NCBI RefSeq assembly: GCF_014396165.1 | Contig: NZ_CP060715.1 | Coordinates: forward strand, 1,650,001-1,682,000 | Direction of reading: 5' to 3' | From: Erysipelothrix inopinata | GTDB lineage: Bacteria > Bacillota_I > Bacilli_A > Erysipelotrichales > Erysipelotrichaceae | DNA length: 32,000 nt | Part shown: one piece after another, positions 1 through 8,082 of the stretch | Layout of the letters: each line of letters starts with the position of its first letter | Numbering within the stretch: position 1 is the stretch's first letter | Notes under the pieces: generated by a model | What the model was told of the DNA's origin: nothing | What the model saw: the letters and a program-made list of their open reading frames with translations, nothing else | The model's database searches: none | Program-made: the position numbers and the translations under genes

Positions 1-2320
1 CTTTGTTTCTTGTTTCGAGTTCTTGGATAGATTGTTGGTGTTGTTTTACAGAATCATGATAGGTTTTAATATATTCTTCTTCTACATCGAAATTATAGTC
101 TTCTTTTCGATGTTGTATATACTCATCAAGTGTATTAATACCCGCATAATTCATCGCTTGAGTTAGGAGGTCATAATGACCATTTAGTTCAGTTTGACTC
201 GTAGTTAAAGTTTCATTTAGGGTACCTCTCTGCCCTTCAACATGACTAATCTTCGCAACTAATTTTGTAAGTTCATTGTCATAATTTTCAGATTTACGGT
301 CAAACTCAAACACTTGTTTTTGAAGGCCGTCAATTGTATTATTGGCTTCGTCCTTAGTTTTGTATTTCAGGATTTTGCGTTGGTTCTGAATTTGAGTATC
401 TAACGACTCGAGACGTGCTATTTGAGTAGTTCTATCATCCAATAAAACTGAAAGGTTCTTTTCGAGTAGTTCCAATTTATCGGGACTATTTTCTAATTGT
501 TTGACACTATTTTGATGTGCTATGTTCGAAGTAGTTATATCTTCAATAGTCTTTAAGTGGGCACCCTCCTGGATTTGTAATTGTTTTAGAAATTCTGTAA
601 CTTCTTGTAATGAATGATACTTTAAGCGTTGGGTTTCAGTTTCAATTTTTGTCTTGATTTCCTGAATTAACAAGGTATCTTGACTAATTGTCTCACTAAG
701 TTCGTTCTTTTTTCTAGCAAGACGGTCTAGACCCTCTTTACTTAATGTCTCATCTTCTATAGAAGCTGGATTAGGGTGTTCTAATGATCCGCAAACAGGA
801 CATGGCGCATTATCTGTAAGCGAACTCGCAAGGATTCCAGCTTGTTGCCTGTAAAAATTGAGTTCATAATTGCCAAATTCATGATGAATTTCCTGAAGCT
901 TCTGGCTGTTTTCATTGAATTTTTCTTGTAGAGGTTTGAGGTTTTCTTTAAGTTTTTGGATGTCACGATGGTGTGACACTTCTTGGATTAATGCTTCTTT
1001 TTGAGCCTGTATTTTTTCTAAGTCAAACTGATATTTTTGGAGACGTTCCCCTTCTTTATTTAAAGTGTCTTTTAAGGTATGAAAGGCTAGGATATCTTTT
1101 TTTGTGGACTCAATCTTTGTTTTGACTGTTTCAATCTCAATTTGTGTGTTTTTAGTTTTTACCTCGGAGTCATTGAATTGTTTTAATTGATCATCTAGAA
1201 TTGCATAGTCATTGATTTTATCTTGAATTTCTTTAATTTGGTTCTTGAGGTTTTGACTCTCTTGCTTGTAGCGATCATACTCAGGTTTCTGTTCTAATAA
1301 ACTCTGATGACGTTCATTTAACTCTTTAGTCGAATTCCCATTTTCTTCAAGTTTATTTTGATAGCTCTGAGTCCGCTGTAAAGCAGCCTCCCACGTTATA
1401 AAAGCGGGTTCAACGGTTTCTTTATACTGCTTACGTTTCTTAAAAACTGATTCACGTGTCGCAATCTCTTTACTTTGATTTAATAATACATCAAGGTTGT
1501 ACTTTTTCTGACGTAAAGAAGCTTTGTCTGCTTCAAAATACTGTGCTTTTGTAAGTGTTTTAACAAGCTCAGTGTGTTCTGCCCTTTTCTGGCTTAAATT
1601 GAGTGTCTCAACCTCAATATTTTTTTTGAGAGATTTAATATGGCTATCTACAAAGTCTAAAAAATCAACAAGGGGTAAATTTGCAACATCTTCTTGTACA
1701 AAATCGAAAGTATCTCGTTGATTACTGAGTTCCGCTTGAATCGTATCAAGTTGTGCTTTAACGCCGAGTTCTTTGTTCTTTAATTTGGTTTGTATCTGTT
1801 GATAGATCGTTGTATCAAATATTTTTTGAAAAATAAGTGACCGATCTTGAGAACTGGAATTTAAGAGTTTTAGGAATTCTCCTTGGGCTATCATAACAAT
1901 TTGTTTAAATTGATTTGCATCCATTCCTAGAATATCAATAATTTCAAGGTTTGTTTGCGTTAATGAATCATGGACTGTCCCGTCTGGTAGTGTAAGCTGA
2001 ACCATTGGGTTTTGAACCGTCATTCCCTCGCCCTTTTGCTTGGGTCTCATATATCGCGGACTTCTTCTAACGGTGTATCGCTGTCTATTATGCTCAAAAG
2101 TAAATGAAACAAAGGTTTCTTCATGAGGACTTGCAAAATCACTACGAAGCATTGTTGGATCTCTCAGTGAACCTGATGAAACATCGTAAAGTGCAAAAGA
2201 TATGGCATCAAAAAGTGTAGTTTTCCCAGCTCCGGTATCACCAGATATAAGAAAAAGGCCCTCTTCGAATTGTGAGAAATCTAAAGTTGTTTCTTTAGCG
2301 AACGGTCCGAATGCAGCCAT
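1..2320 (-). CDS. sbcC: SbcC/Rad50-family DNA repair ATPase (SbcCD subunit C). Only the 5' part is present; the gene continues past the left edge of the window.
   Basis: My own minus-strand translation from the ATG at 2320 reads MAAFGPFAKETTLDFSQFEEGLFLISGDTGAGKTTLFDAISFALYD, with the Walker A at about 2216-2242. A long coiled-coil-like K/E/Q/L-rich sequence follows. A CPVC zinc hook at 791-802 lies in the same frame (2320-838 is divisible by 3). The ORF track lists no closed ORF here, consistent with a frame that stays open to position 1. The gene lies directly downstream of sbcD. The true start may be a non-ATG codon at 2341 or 2344 (see findings). Confidence 0.85.
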   Translation of the reverse strand, partial: MAAFGPFAKETTLDFSQFEEGLFLISGDTGAGKTTLFDAISFALYDVSSGSLRDPTMLRSDFASPHEETFVSFTFEHNRQRYTVRRSPRYMRPKQKGEGMTVQNPMVQLTLPDGTVHDSLTQTNLEIIDILGMDANQFKQIVMIAQGEFLKLLNSSSQDRSLIFQKIFDTTIYQQIQTKLKNKELGVKAQLDTIQAELSNQRDTFDFVQEDVANLPLVDFLDFVDSHIKSLKKNIEVETLNLSQKRAEHTELVKTLTKAQYFEADKASLRQKKYNLDVLLNQSKEIATRESVFKKRKQYKETVEPAFITWEAALQRTQSYQNKLEENGNSTKELNERHQSLLEQKPEYDRYKQESQNLKNQIKEIQDKINDYAILDDQLKQFNDSEVKTKNTQIEIETVKTKIESTKKDILAFHTLKDTLNKEGERLQKYQFDLEKIQAQKEALIQEVSHHRDIQKLKENLKPLQEKFNENSQKLQEIHHEFGNYELNFYRQQAGILASSLTDNAPCPVCGSLEHPNPASIEDETLSKEGLDRLARKKNELSETISQDTLLIQEIKTKIETETQRLKYHSLQEVTEFLKQLQIQEGAHLKTIEDITTSNIAHQNSVKQLENSPDKLELLEKNLSVLLDDRTTQIARLESLDTQIQNQRKILKYKTKDEANNTIDGLQKQVFEFDRKSENYDNELTKLVAKISHVEGQRGTLNETLTTSQTELNGHYDLLTQAMNYAGINTLDEYIQHRKEDYNFDVEEEYIKTYHDSVKQHQQSIQELETRNK

Positions 2321-2327
2321 TGTTAAG

Positions 2328-3463
2328 CTAATTGGTTTTATGATTAATTTCCTCCATGATTGATTCTAAAAGCTTCTTTTCTGAATCACTAAATTCCCGT
2401 TGATTTTGGTGCTTGAAGAAATTTTCAAATTGATCTGTAGGTGAAAGATTGAGTACTTCTGTTGCTTCTTGAAGACGTACGTTGTCACTACTACTCAAAT
2501 TGTGATATTGGATTGAAATGATGTTTGGATAAAATTCCTTAAGTTTACTTTTGGGATCATAAATTGTTTCTTCATCCTCTAAAACAGCTTGAATAAAATC
2601 TTCGCTGTATTGTGCATGCTCGATGAGAGCATTAAAAGGCCCTTTGATAATACGGACGTCCCTTTTGGGAATCAGTGGAAGAAGTTCAATGCTTATTTCC
2701 TTTTCATCAAGTGTAATGTAAGGCATTGACTTATGATCTTTTGCTTCAGAGAAAGAATATTTCAAGGGTGATCCTCCATAGCGAATTGTTTCTTTACGAA
2801 GTTTTTGTGGACGATGGATGTGTCCCATTGCTACATAGTTAAAATCGTTTAAGTAGTTGATGTTGATTGCATCAAGTCCCCCTACTTGCGGTCCGATTTC
2901 TGAATCGGAGAGCTCGGGTTGTGTCATTCCATCAATAAAGAATTGATGGACAATTGCGATGTTCCGTTCAAGGGGTTTAGGTTAATGCCCTTGATAACAT
3001 GTTTAAAGGCATCATCATAAGTTGAACCTGTGAAGTCAGGGTCTATATTTTTAATTGTACTTGCTCGTAAGAAAGGAATGGGATAAAAGTTAACCGGTCC
3101 CCATTCATCAAAAATAGATATCGGTACGATTGGAAGTTCGAATCGCGAAATAAGATGAATCTTATGATCGATAAATAGCTTATCTCCTACTCCTAGACGT
3201 TCAACAGAGTCGTGATTTCCAGAAATAATGATGACTTCATAATTTTCCTTAGAAAACGCAATTAAAAGTTCATTCCAAAGTGTGAATGATTCTGAACTTG
3301 GTGCAAAACGATCATAAATGTCACCTGCTACAATCACAACATCCACATCTCTACTCCTAATTTCTTCAAGTATTTGGTTAAATATATAGCGTTGGTCTTC
3401 AATGAGACTGACGTCTTCAAACCTTTTCCCGATATGTAAGTCCGATAGATGAATGATTTTCAT
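2328..3463 (-). pseudogene. sbcD: SbcD/Mre11-family nuclease, interrupted by a single-base frameshift. It could be a true pseudogene or an assembly error.
   Basis: ORF 2924..3463 carries the N-terminal calcineurin-like phosphoesterase motifs (HLSDLHIG, VIVAGDIYDR, SGNHDS). ORF 2328..2927 carries the rest (GGLDAIN..., AMGHIHRPQ). Shifting frame at about 2972-2975 restores a continuous ...NLNP(L)ERNIAIVHQFFIDGMTQPELSDSEIGPQVGGLDA... typical of intact SbcD. Confidence 0.8.
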
Positions 3464-3485
3464 GAAAATACCCCCTAATGATCAT

Positions 3486-3496
3486 ATTATACCATG
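3486..3496 (-). promoter_or_regulatory. Candidate extended -10 promoter (TGgTATAAT) for sbcDC
   Basis: The minus strand reads caTGgTATAATatgatcattaGGGGGtattttcATG, with TATAAT at 3486-3491 and an SD-like GGGGG before the sbcD ATG. There is no good -35. Confidence 0.35.
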
Positions 3497-3510
3497 TTAG
3501 GTATCATCTC

Positions 3511-3541
3511 TTGCTTAATAAAGGCTTTAATTTGATATAAT
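3511..3541 (+). promoter_or_regulatory. Candidate extended -10 promoter (TGaTATAAT) for the acetyltransferase gene
   Basis: TTGCTT lies at 3511-3516, TG at 3533-3534 and TATAAT at 3536-3541. The -35 spacing of 19 nt is poor, so the call rests on the extended -10. Confidence 0.35.
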
Positions 3542-3566
3542 AATAATTGAATTTATGGAGGTTTTT

Positions 3567-4190
3567 ATGACTGAAAAAGAGAGAATGTTATCAGGGCTTT
3601 TGTACAAAGCTAATGATGAAGAACTAAGACGAGATTCGCATCGTTGTCGTATGTTTAATCACGAATATAATCAAACAACCGTTTTAGACATTCCGCGCCG
3701 AAAGGAAATCATTAAAGAATGGCTTGGATCTGTGGGTGAACATGTTGTACTCGTTCCACCAGTCTATTTTGATTATGGAAATAACACCTATATTAAAGAT
3801 GATTTCTTTGCAAATGCAGATCTTATCATCCTTGATGTCGCTCCAGTTGAAATTGGGAGTCGCGTCATGATGGGACCACGAGTTGGACTCTATACTGCAG
3901 GACATCCAATTGACGCAGCTATTCGTAGTGAGGATTTAGAATTTGGTAAAAAAATTGTGATTGAAGATGATGTCTGGTTAGGTGGTAATGTAGTCGTTAA
4001 CCCTGGAGTTACTATTGGCGCTCGTTCAGTCATTGCTTCAGGATCGGTTGTGACAAAGGACATCCCTTCCGATGTGGTTGCGGGTGGCGTCCCTTGCAAA
4101 GTGATTCGCAAGATTACTGAAAATGACCGTGTCGAATGGCAAAAAGAAAAAGATGAGTACCTTGCCTATCAACTAACTAAAGGAATTTAA
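3567..4190 (+). CDS. maa: Maltose/galactoside O-acetyltransferase family (left-handed beta-helix hexapeptide acyltransferase)
   Basis: The N-terminus MTEKERMLSGLLYKANDEELRRDSHRCRMFNHEYNQT is the typical Maa/LacA N-terminal domain. Hexapeptide repeats (VWLGGNVVVNPGVTIGARSVIASGSVV) follow. The track ORF starts at 3555, but a GGAGG at 3557-3561 sits 5 nt before the ATG at 3567, so I prefer 3567. Confidence 0.8.
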   Translation: MTEKERMLSGLLYKANDEELRRDSHRCRMFNHEYNQTTVLDIPRRKEIIKEWLGSVGEHVVLVPPVYFDYGNNTYIKDDFFANADLIILDVAPVEIGSRVMMGPRVGLYTAGHPIDAAIRSEDLEFGKKIVIEDDVWLGGNVVVNPGVTIGARSVIASGSVVTKDIPSDVVAGGVPCKVIRKITENDRVEWQKEKDEYLAYQLTKGI

Positions 4191-4211
4191 TACCAATTAT
4201 TCTATTCCAAT

Positions 4212-4241
4212 AAAAAAAGCTGAAACTTTCAGCTTTTTTTA
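4212..4241. terminator. Bidirectional rho-independent terminator shared by the convergent acetyltransferase gene and the dlt-like operon
   Basis: The sequence aaaaaaGCTGAAActtTTCAGCttttttt is a perfect stem flanked by an A-run on one side and a T-run on the other. It starts at the stop codon of the 4239..5201 gene. Confidence 0.75.
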
Positions 4242-5201
4242 TACGTGTCGATTCTTTTTCTTAGCAATAATATCAGAATATTCCTTATAATTGCTTTTCC
4301 AAGTTTCGAAATTTGGGTCATCTTTTTTATTTACGAGTTCGGTATTATTCGAAAGGTATTCAGCAAGATAGTTACTTACTTTTAAGGCACCACTGTAGTT
4401 TAAATGATCTCCTGCGTCATAAGTGTCGGTGTTCCAATCAATACCAACTTCATTTAATAATAAATTTAAATCGAGATAATCTATATTATTGTTTGATGCA
4501 ATTTTAGAAACTGCATTATGCTTCGTGTAAGTCCAATTTGATGGACTTGGTGCAGAATAAATAACGATTTTAATATCATGTGATTTTGCGAAGTTGAGAA
4601 TTTTCTCGATGCTTTGTCTCTGGTAACCAGGTATCTTATCTGTTTTTTCTGATTCTCTGACATAGTTCCCTTTGGTGTAAGGTTTTACATCAACTGTATA
4701 ATGATACCCTTTGAGTGGACTTAGAGATGGTTTTTCAGGCTTATCTCTTTTTTTATCGTGCTTCACATAGGACTTCCAATTGTTATGATCTGCGAAGATT
4801 GGGAAGAATTGAGAGAAAAAATCACCGATATTCTTCTCTATCTCATTAACCATTCCTTTATCTCTAAAGAAAAAGTTTGATTCAATGAGGAGCACTTTTG
4901 GTTTTTGCTTTGTTAAAGCTGTTTCGAGGTCTTCAAATCCTTTTAAAAGCGATTGAGCAGAACTTCCGATGTTATAGCCAACATAACCCTTTGTATTCCA
5001 TATCTCCATTGGAGATACCGAGGAATAAGCCTCACTATCACCTAGGATTAAATAGTCCATGGTATTATCTTGTTCTGCAAGAACTCCCTTTAATGCTTTG
5101 GGTTCATCTGAAGGCTTGAGCACACTTGAGAAAGCAACAAGCAATAAAGAAAGGATAATGAGAAATAGAATACTTTTGAATATATTTTTATGCTTTTTCA
5201 T
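4239..5201 (-). CDS. Membrane-anchored extracytoplasmic SGNH/DltD-like acyl-transferase or esterase, copy 2 (last gene of the operon)
   Basis: It has an N-terminal signal-anchor (IFKSILFLIILSLLLVAF), a block-I-like LGDSEAYSS motif and a C-terminal DAGDHLN motif (candidate Asp/His). It is a paralog of 7128..8072, about half identical by eye. The SD TAGGAGG overlaps the stop codon of the upstream MBOAT. Confidence 0.65.
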   Translation of the reverse strand: MKKHKNIFKSILFLIILSLLLVAFSSVLKPSDEPKALKGVLAEQDNTMDYLILGDSEAYSSVSPMEIWNTKGYVGYNIGSSAQSLLKGFEDLETALTKQKPKVLLIESNFFFRDKGMVNEIEKNIGDFFSQFFPIFADHNNWKSYVKHDKKRDKPEKPSLSPLKGYHYTVDVKPYTKGNYVRESEKTDKIPGYQRQSIEKILNFAKSHDIKIVIYSAPSPSNWTYTKHNAVSKIASNNNIDYLDLNLLLNEVGIDWNTDTYDAGDHLNYSGALKVSNYLAEYLSNNTELVNKKDDPNFETWKSNYKEYSDIIAKKKNRHV

Positions 5202-5210
5202 GTTATCCTC

Positions 5211-6800
5211 CTAAAATCCTGCATAGATGATATCTACAGGTGCATACCCGTTACCATATGCTCCAAAAATTACGATTACTAAAATAAATGTGTAGGTCAG
5301 ACTCCAACGTGCCCATGTTGGCCACGTGATAACCGTTTGGAATGGATCGAACCCCTTCTCTTTCAACATATCAACTGCGAAGACGACGATAACTGCAATG
5401 AGGACTACTGCTATATCGACGATGTTGAAAGCAGGAACACTGTTTAGTCCATTTACAAAATATGAAAGTCGAAATTTAAAGATGACATTTTTAAACATCA
5501 TAATGAGCTTTTGGATACTTTCGACTCTGAAGATTAGCTCACCAAAGATAATAATCACAGACATTTTTACTGTTTGAATAAACCTTAAGGTGAACGGATG
5601 TTGATCTAACTTCAAGACGTCTTTAATTTTGATAAATACCGGTTCAAATATAAGAGCTAATGTGATTAAGGTAAAATAATACATTCCGTATAAAACAAAA
5701 TTCCATCCAGCACCATGCCAAAAGCCATTGCAAAGCCAAACAACAAACAATGCAATTGCATTCGTAATGATAAGCGACGCATTTTTACCGAATTTTTTTC
5801 GTGTTTTCTTTGTCAGTGATTTAATATGGCGCGAAAGCATAACTGGATAAAAGACATAGTCCTTTAACCATGCTCCAAGTGTCATATGCCAGCGTTTCCA
5901 AAATTCTGTAACAGTCTTAGCAAAGAATGGTTGGCGAAAGTTTTCAGGTACTTTAATATTGAATATATCACTGGTTCCGATACAAATATCAACGATACCG
6001 GAAAAGTCCATATATAATTGGATAGTATAAATGAGTGCTCCAAACAAGATAACTGATCCTGAAAAATTACTATGATTCACATCAAGGATTGCGGAAACAA
6101 GTGCATTGAGACGATCCGCGATTACTATCTTTTTAAAGAATCCCCAGATGATTCGTTGCAAACCGCCACTAAGCGATGTCATTGTAATAGGATTCCCAGC
6201 ATATAATGATGGCGCAATATCGTTATATCTTGTAATCGGTCCCTGCATGATAGTTGGAAAAAAACAAAGATAGAGACACAATTTTAGAAAGTTCTTTTCG
6301 GGTTGAATGACACCTCTATAAATATCCACGCAATATGATATTGCCTGAAGTGAATAGAATGAAATCCCCAGTGGAACAATAAATTTCATAATTGGAATTT
6401 CAACACCAAAAGAAAGTGATGAAACTATTGTTTGGACGTTTTTAGAAATAAAGGGTGAATATTTCAATACAATCAGAATAAGAAGTACGAACCCAATAAC
6501 TATTTTCAAGAAATGTCTCTTTTTAATGAGTGCTTGTGTCTTTAATTCACGGAGATTCTGACTTGCTTCATCCTCTTTAGGAATACTTTTAGAATCGATA
6601 TGACTGATACCCAATCCGAATAAATATATCAACAACGTCGTAAGTAAAACAAATACAAATTGCCACTTACTGATTAAAATATAGAATACAAAACTTGAAA
6701 ACAGTAAAACCCCCCAGCGAAACTTTTTAGGGGCTAACTGATAACTTAGTAGTGTAATGGGGAGAAAAAGTACAAAATATACGGGCGATACGTATGACAC
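5211..6800 (-). CDS. MBOAT-family membrane O-acyltransferase (DltB/AlgI-like) with a C-terminal DltX-like extension, copy 2
   Basis: The protein is polytopic and hydrophobic. It carries the MBOAT signature NFRQPFFAKTVTEFWKRWHMTLGAWLKDYVFYP with the invariant His. The C-terminus is ...FGAYGNGYAPVDIIYAGF. The GTG start at 6800 shares its G with the TAG stop of the carrier gene. Confidence 0.85.
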   Translation of the reverse strand: MSYVSPVYFVLFLPITLLSYQLAPKKFRWGVLLFSSFVFYILISKWQFVFVLLTTLLIYLFGLGISHIDSKSIPKEDEASQNLRELKTQALIKKRHFLKIVIGFVLLILIVLKYSPFISKNVQTIVSSLSFGVEIPIMKFIVPLGISFYSLQAISYCVDIYRGVIQPEKNFLKLCLYLCFFPTIMQGPITRYNDIAPSLYAGNPITMTSLSGGLQRIIWGFFKKIVIADRLNALVSAILDVNHSNFSGSVILFGALIYTIQLYMDFSGIVDICIGTSDIFNIKVPENFRQPFFAKTVTEFWKRWHMTLGAWLKDYVFYPVMLSRHIKSLTKKTRKKFGKNASLIITNAIALFVVWLCNGFWHGAGWNFVLYGMYYFTLITLALIFEPVFIKIKDVLKLDQHPFTLRFIQTVKMSVIIIFGELIFRVESIQKLIMMFKNVIFKFRLSYFVNGLNSVPAFNIVDIAVVLIAVIVVFAVDMLKEKGFDPFQTVITWPTWARWSLTYTFILVIVIFGAYGNGYAPVDIIYAGF

Positions 6801-7030
6801 TATGCTTCGTCTCGCAATCTACACATTAAGTTCCATAATGCACTCGCTGAGTTAAAGTTAGCTGGCACTAAATCGATGGGCGAAATGTCAACATCGAATT
6901 CTGATTCAAGTTCGGTAACGAGTTCAAGAATTGACATAGAGTCTAAATGTCCCCCGTCTACAAGATCGGTTACTGTATCATAATCGATAGTAGGATTAAT
7001 TTGATTTAAAATTGCTAGTAGTTTTTCCAT
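6800..7030 (-). CDS. DltC-like aminoacyl carrier protein (phosphopantetheine attachment site), copy 2
   Basis: The protein reads MEKLLAILNQINPTIDYDTVTDLVDGGHLDSMSILELVTELESEFDVDISPIDLVPANFNS..., with the LDS Ser motif in the DltC position. The track ORF starts at 7063, but an AAAGGAG SD sits 6 nt before the ATG at 7030. That start gives 76 aa, the same length as copy 1. Confidence 0.85.
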   Translation of the reverse strand: MEKLLAILNQINPTIDYDTVTDLVDGGHLDSMSILELVTELESEFDVDISPIDLVPANFNSASALWNLMCRLRDEA

Positions 7031-7127
7031 GTTTGTCTCCTTTAGTATTAAGTATTTCTTCACTTAATATTCTAGTATGTATTGATAACAAATAAGTGTA
7101 AGAATGATGATAAATTGTAAATCACAC

Positions 7128-8072
7128 TTAAGATTTTTTTGCTTTGATTATTTCTGCGTATTTTTGATAATCTTCTTCCCAATTAGTATAATTGGAATTG
7201 TGTCGCAAATCCTCTAAGTTTGTATTCTTTGATAAGTACTCCGATATATATTTTGTAACTTTTAGCGTACCATTAAAATTTAGATGGTCGCCAGCATCAT
7301 AGGTATCTTTGTTCCAATCAATTTCTAATTGTTTCGTAAGTAGATTAAGATCAACGTATTCGCAACCATATTCCTTTGCCAGATCTGCTACTGTATTATG
7401 ATTTGAATAGCCCCAATTTACAGGAGTAGGTGCTGAGTAGAAGATAACTTTTATATCATTGTTATTACAAATTTCCATAATTTGATCAAGAATAAATTTT
7501 TGATACGTTGGTACAGATACTCTATTTTGAGTTGGATTAACATATTCCCCTTTTGTATAAGGTTTTACCTCAAAGCGGTATCGATATCCTTTCAGTGGAT
7601 TTGAAACAAACTCTTGATCATCAAAGGACGGTAATTTTCCTTCTTTGATCATCTTTTTCCAATTTGTATGATCATTAAATATTGAAAAGTGGTTCGTGAA
7701 TAATGTTGATATGAAACTTTCCGCATCATTAATGAACCCTTTGTTTCTGAATATAAAATTAGATTCAATTAATAATATTTTAGGCTTTTGATTCTCAATT
7801 GCTTTTTGAAAAACATCCAACCCTCTCTGAAGTGTTTGTGCGGAAACTCCCAGATTGTAGCCTGTATACCCTCTTTCATTCCAAATTTCCATGGGCGAAA
7901 TAGAAGTATAGGCCTCACTATCTCCGAGAACTAGATAATCAACCGAATTTTCTTTTTCCGATTCAATACCAGATATTTCTTTAACAGAAAATCCCTTTGA
8001 AAGAACCAGTAAAATAAGTCCAAGTATTGTGACAAAGAGTATGAATTTCATAAGTTTTTTTCCTTTTTTCAT
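7128..8072 (-). CDS. Membrane-anchored extracytoplasmic SGNH/DltD-like acyl-transferase or esterase, copy 1
   Basis: It has an N-terminal anchor (LMKFILFVTILGLILLVL), a VLGDSEAYTS motif and a DAGDHLN motif. The SD TAGGAGG overlaps the stop of the upstream MBOAT. Confidence 0.65.
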   Translation of the reverse strand: MKKGKKLMKFILFVTILGLILLVLSKGFSVKEISGIESEKENSVDYLVLGDSEAYTSISPMEIWNERGYTGYNLGVSAQTLQRGLDVFQKAIENQKPKILLIESNFIFRNKGFINDAESFISTLFTNHFSIFNDHTNWKKMIKEGKLPSFDDQEFVSNPLKGYRYRFEVKPYTKGEYVNPTQNRVSVPTYQKFILDQIMEICNNNDIKVIFYSAPTPVNWGYSNHNTVADLAKEYGCEYVDLNLLTKQLEIDWNKDTYDAGDHLNFNGTLKVTKYISEYLSKNTNLEDLRHNSNYTNWEEDYQKYAEIIKAKKS

Positions 8073-8082
8073 TCAAGACCTC

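Noticed and set aside
3684-4111. Short ORFs from the track that lie antisense to, or out of frame inside, long well-supported genes. Examples: 781..966, 1524..1721, 3684..3905, 3890..4111, 4313..4507, 4481..4663, 4898..5119, 5326..5577, 8997..9254, 11337..11525, 11350..11622, 12852..13055, 17769..18005, 18605..18802, 19696..19884, 20387..20587, 20680..20925, 21226..21414, 21398..21730, 22061..22503, 22900..23151, 24417..24635, 25020..25229, 26635..26820, 29136..29378, 29789..29992 and 30106..30300.
   Set aside because: All are fully embedded in genes with clear family motifs. They have no SD and low-complexity or odd composition. They are the expected shadow ORFs of an AT-rich genome.
3555-4190. 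The Maa-type acetyltransferase as part of the envelope-modification system.
   Set aside because: It is on the opposite strand, convergent with the operon, and has its own promoter. A strong bidirectional terminator separates it from the operon. It is a cytoplasmic hexapeptide acetyltransferase that commonly occurs as a stand-alone gene.
5700-5900. A near-identical protein block shared by the two MBOATs (WLKDYVFYPVMLSR.IKSLTKKTRKKFGK.ASLIITNAIALFVVWLCNGFWHG) as evidence of recent gene conversion or a collapsed assembly repeat.
   Set aside because: The underlying DNA (5700-5900 against 8570-8770) differs at roughly every fifth base, mostly at third codon positions. The similarity is therefore selective constraint on the protein, not recent DNA exchange.
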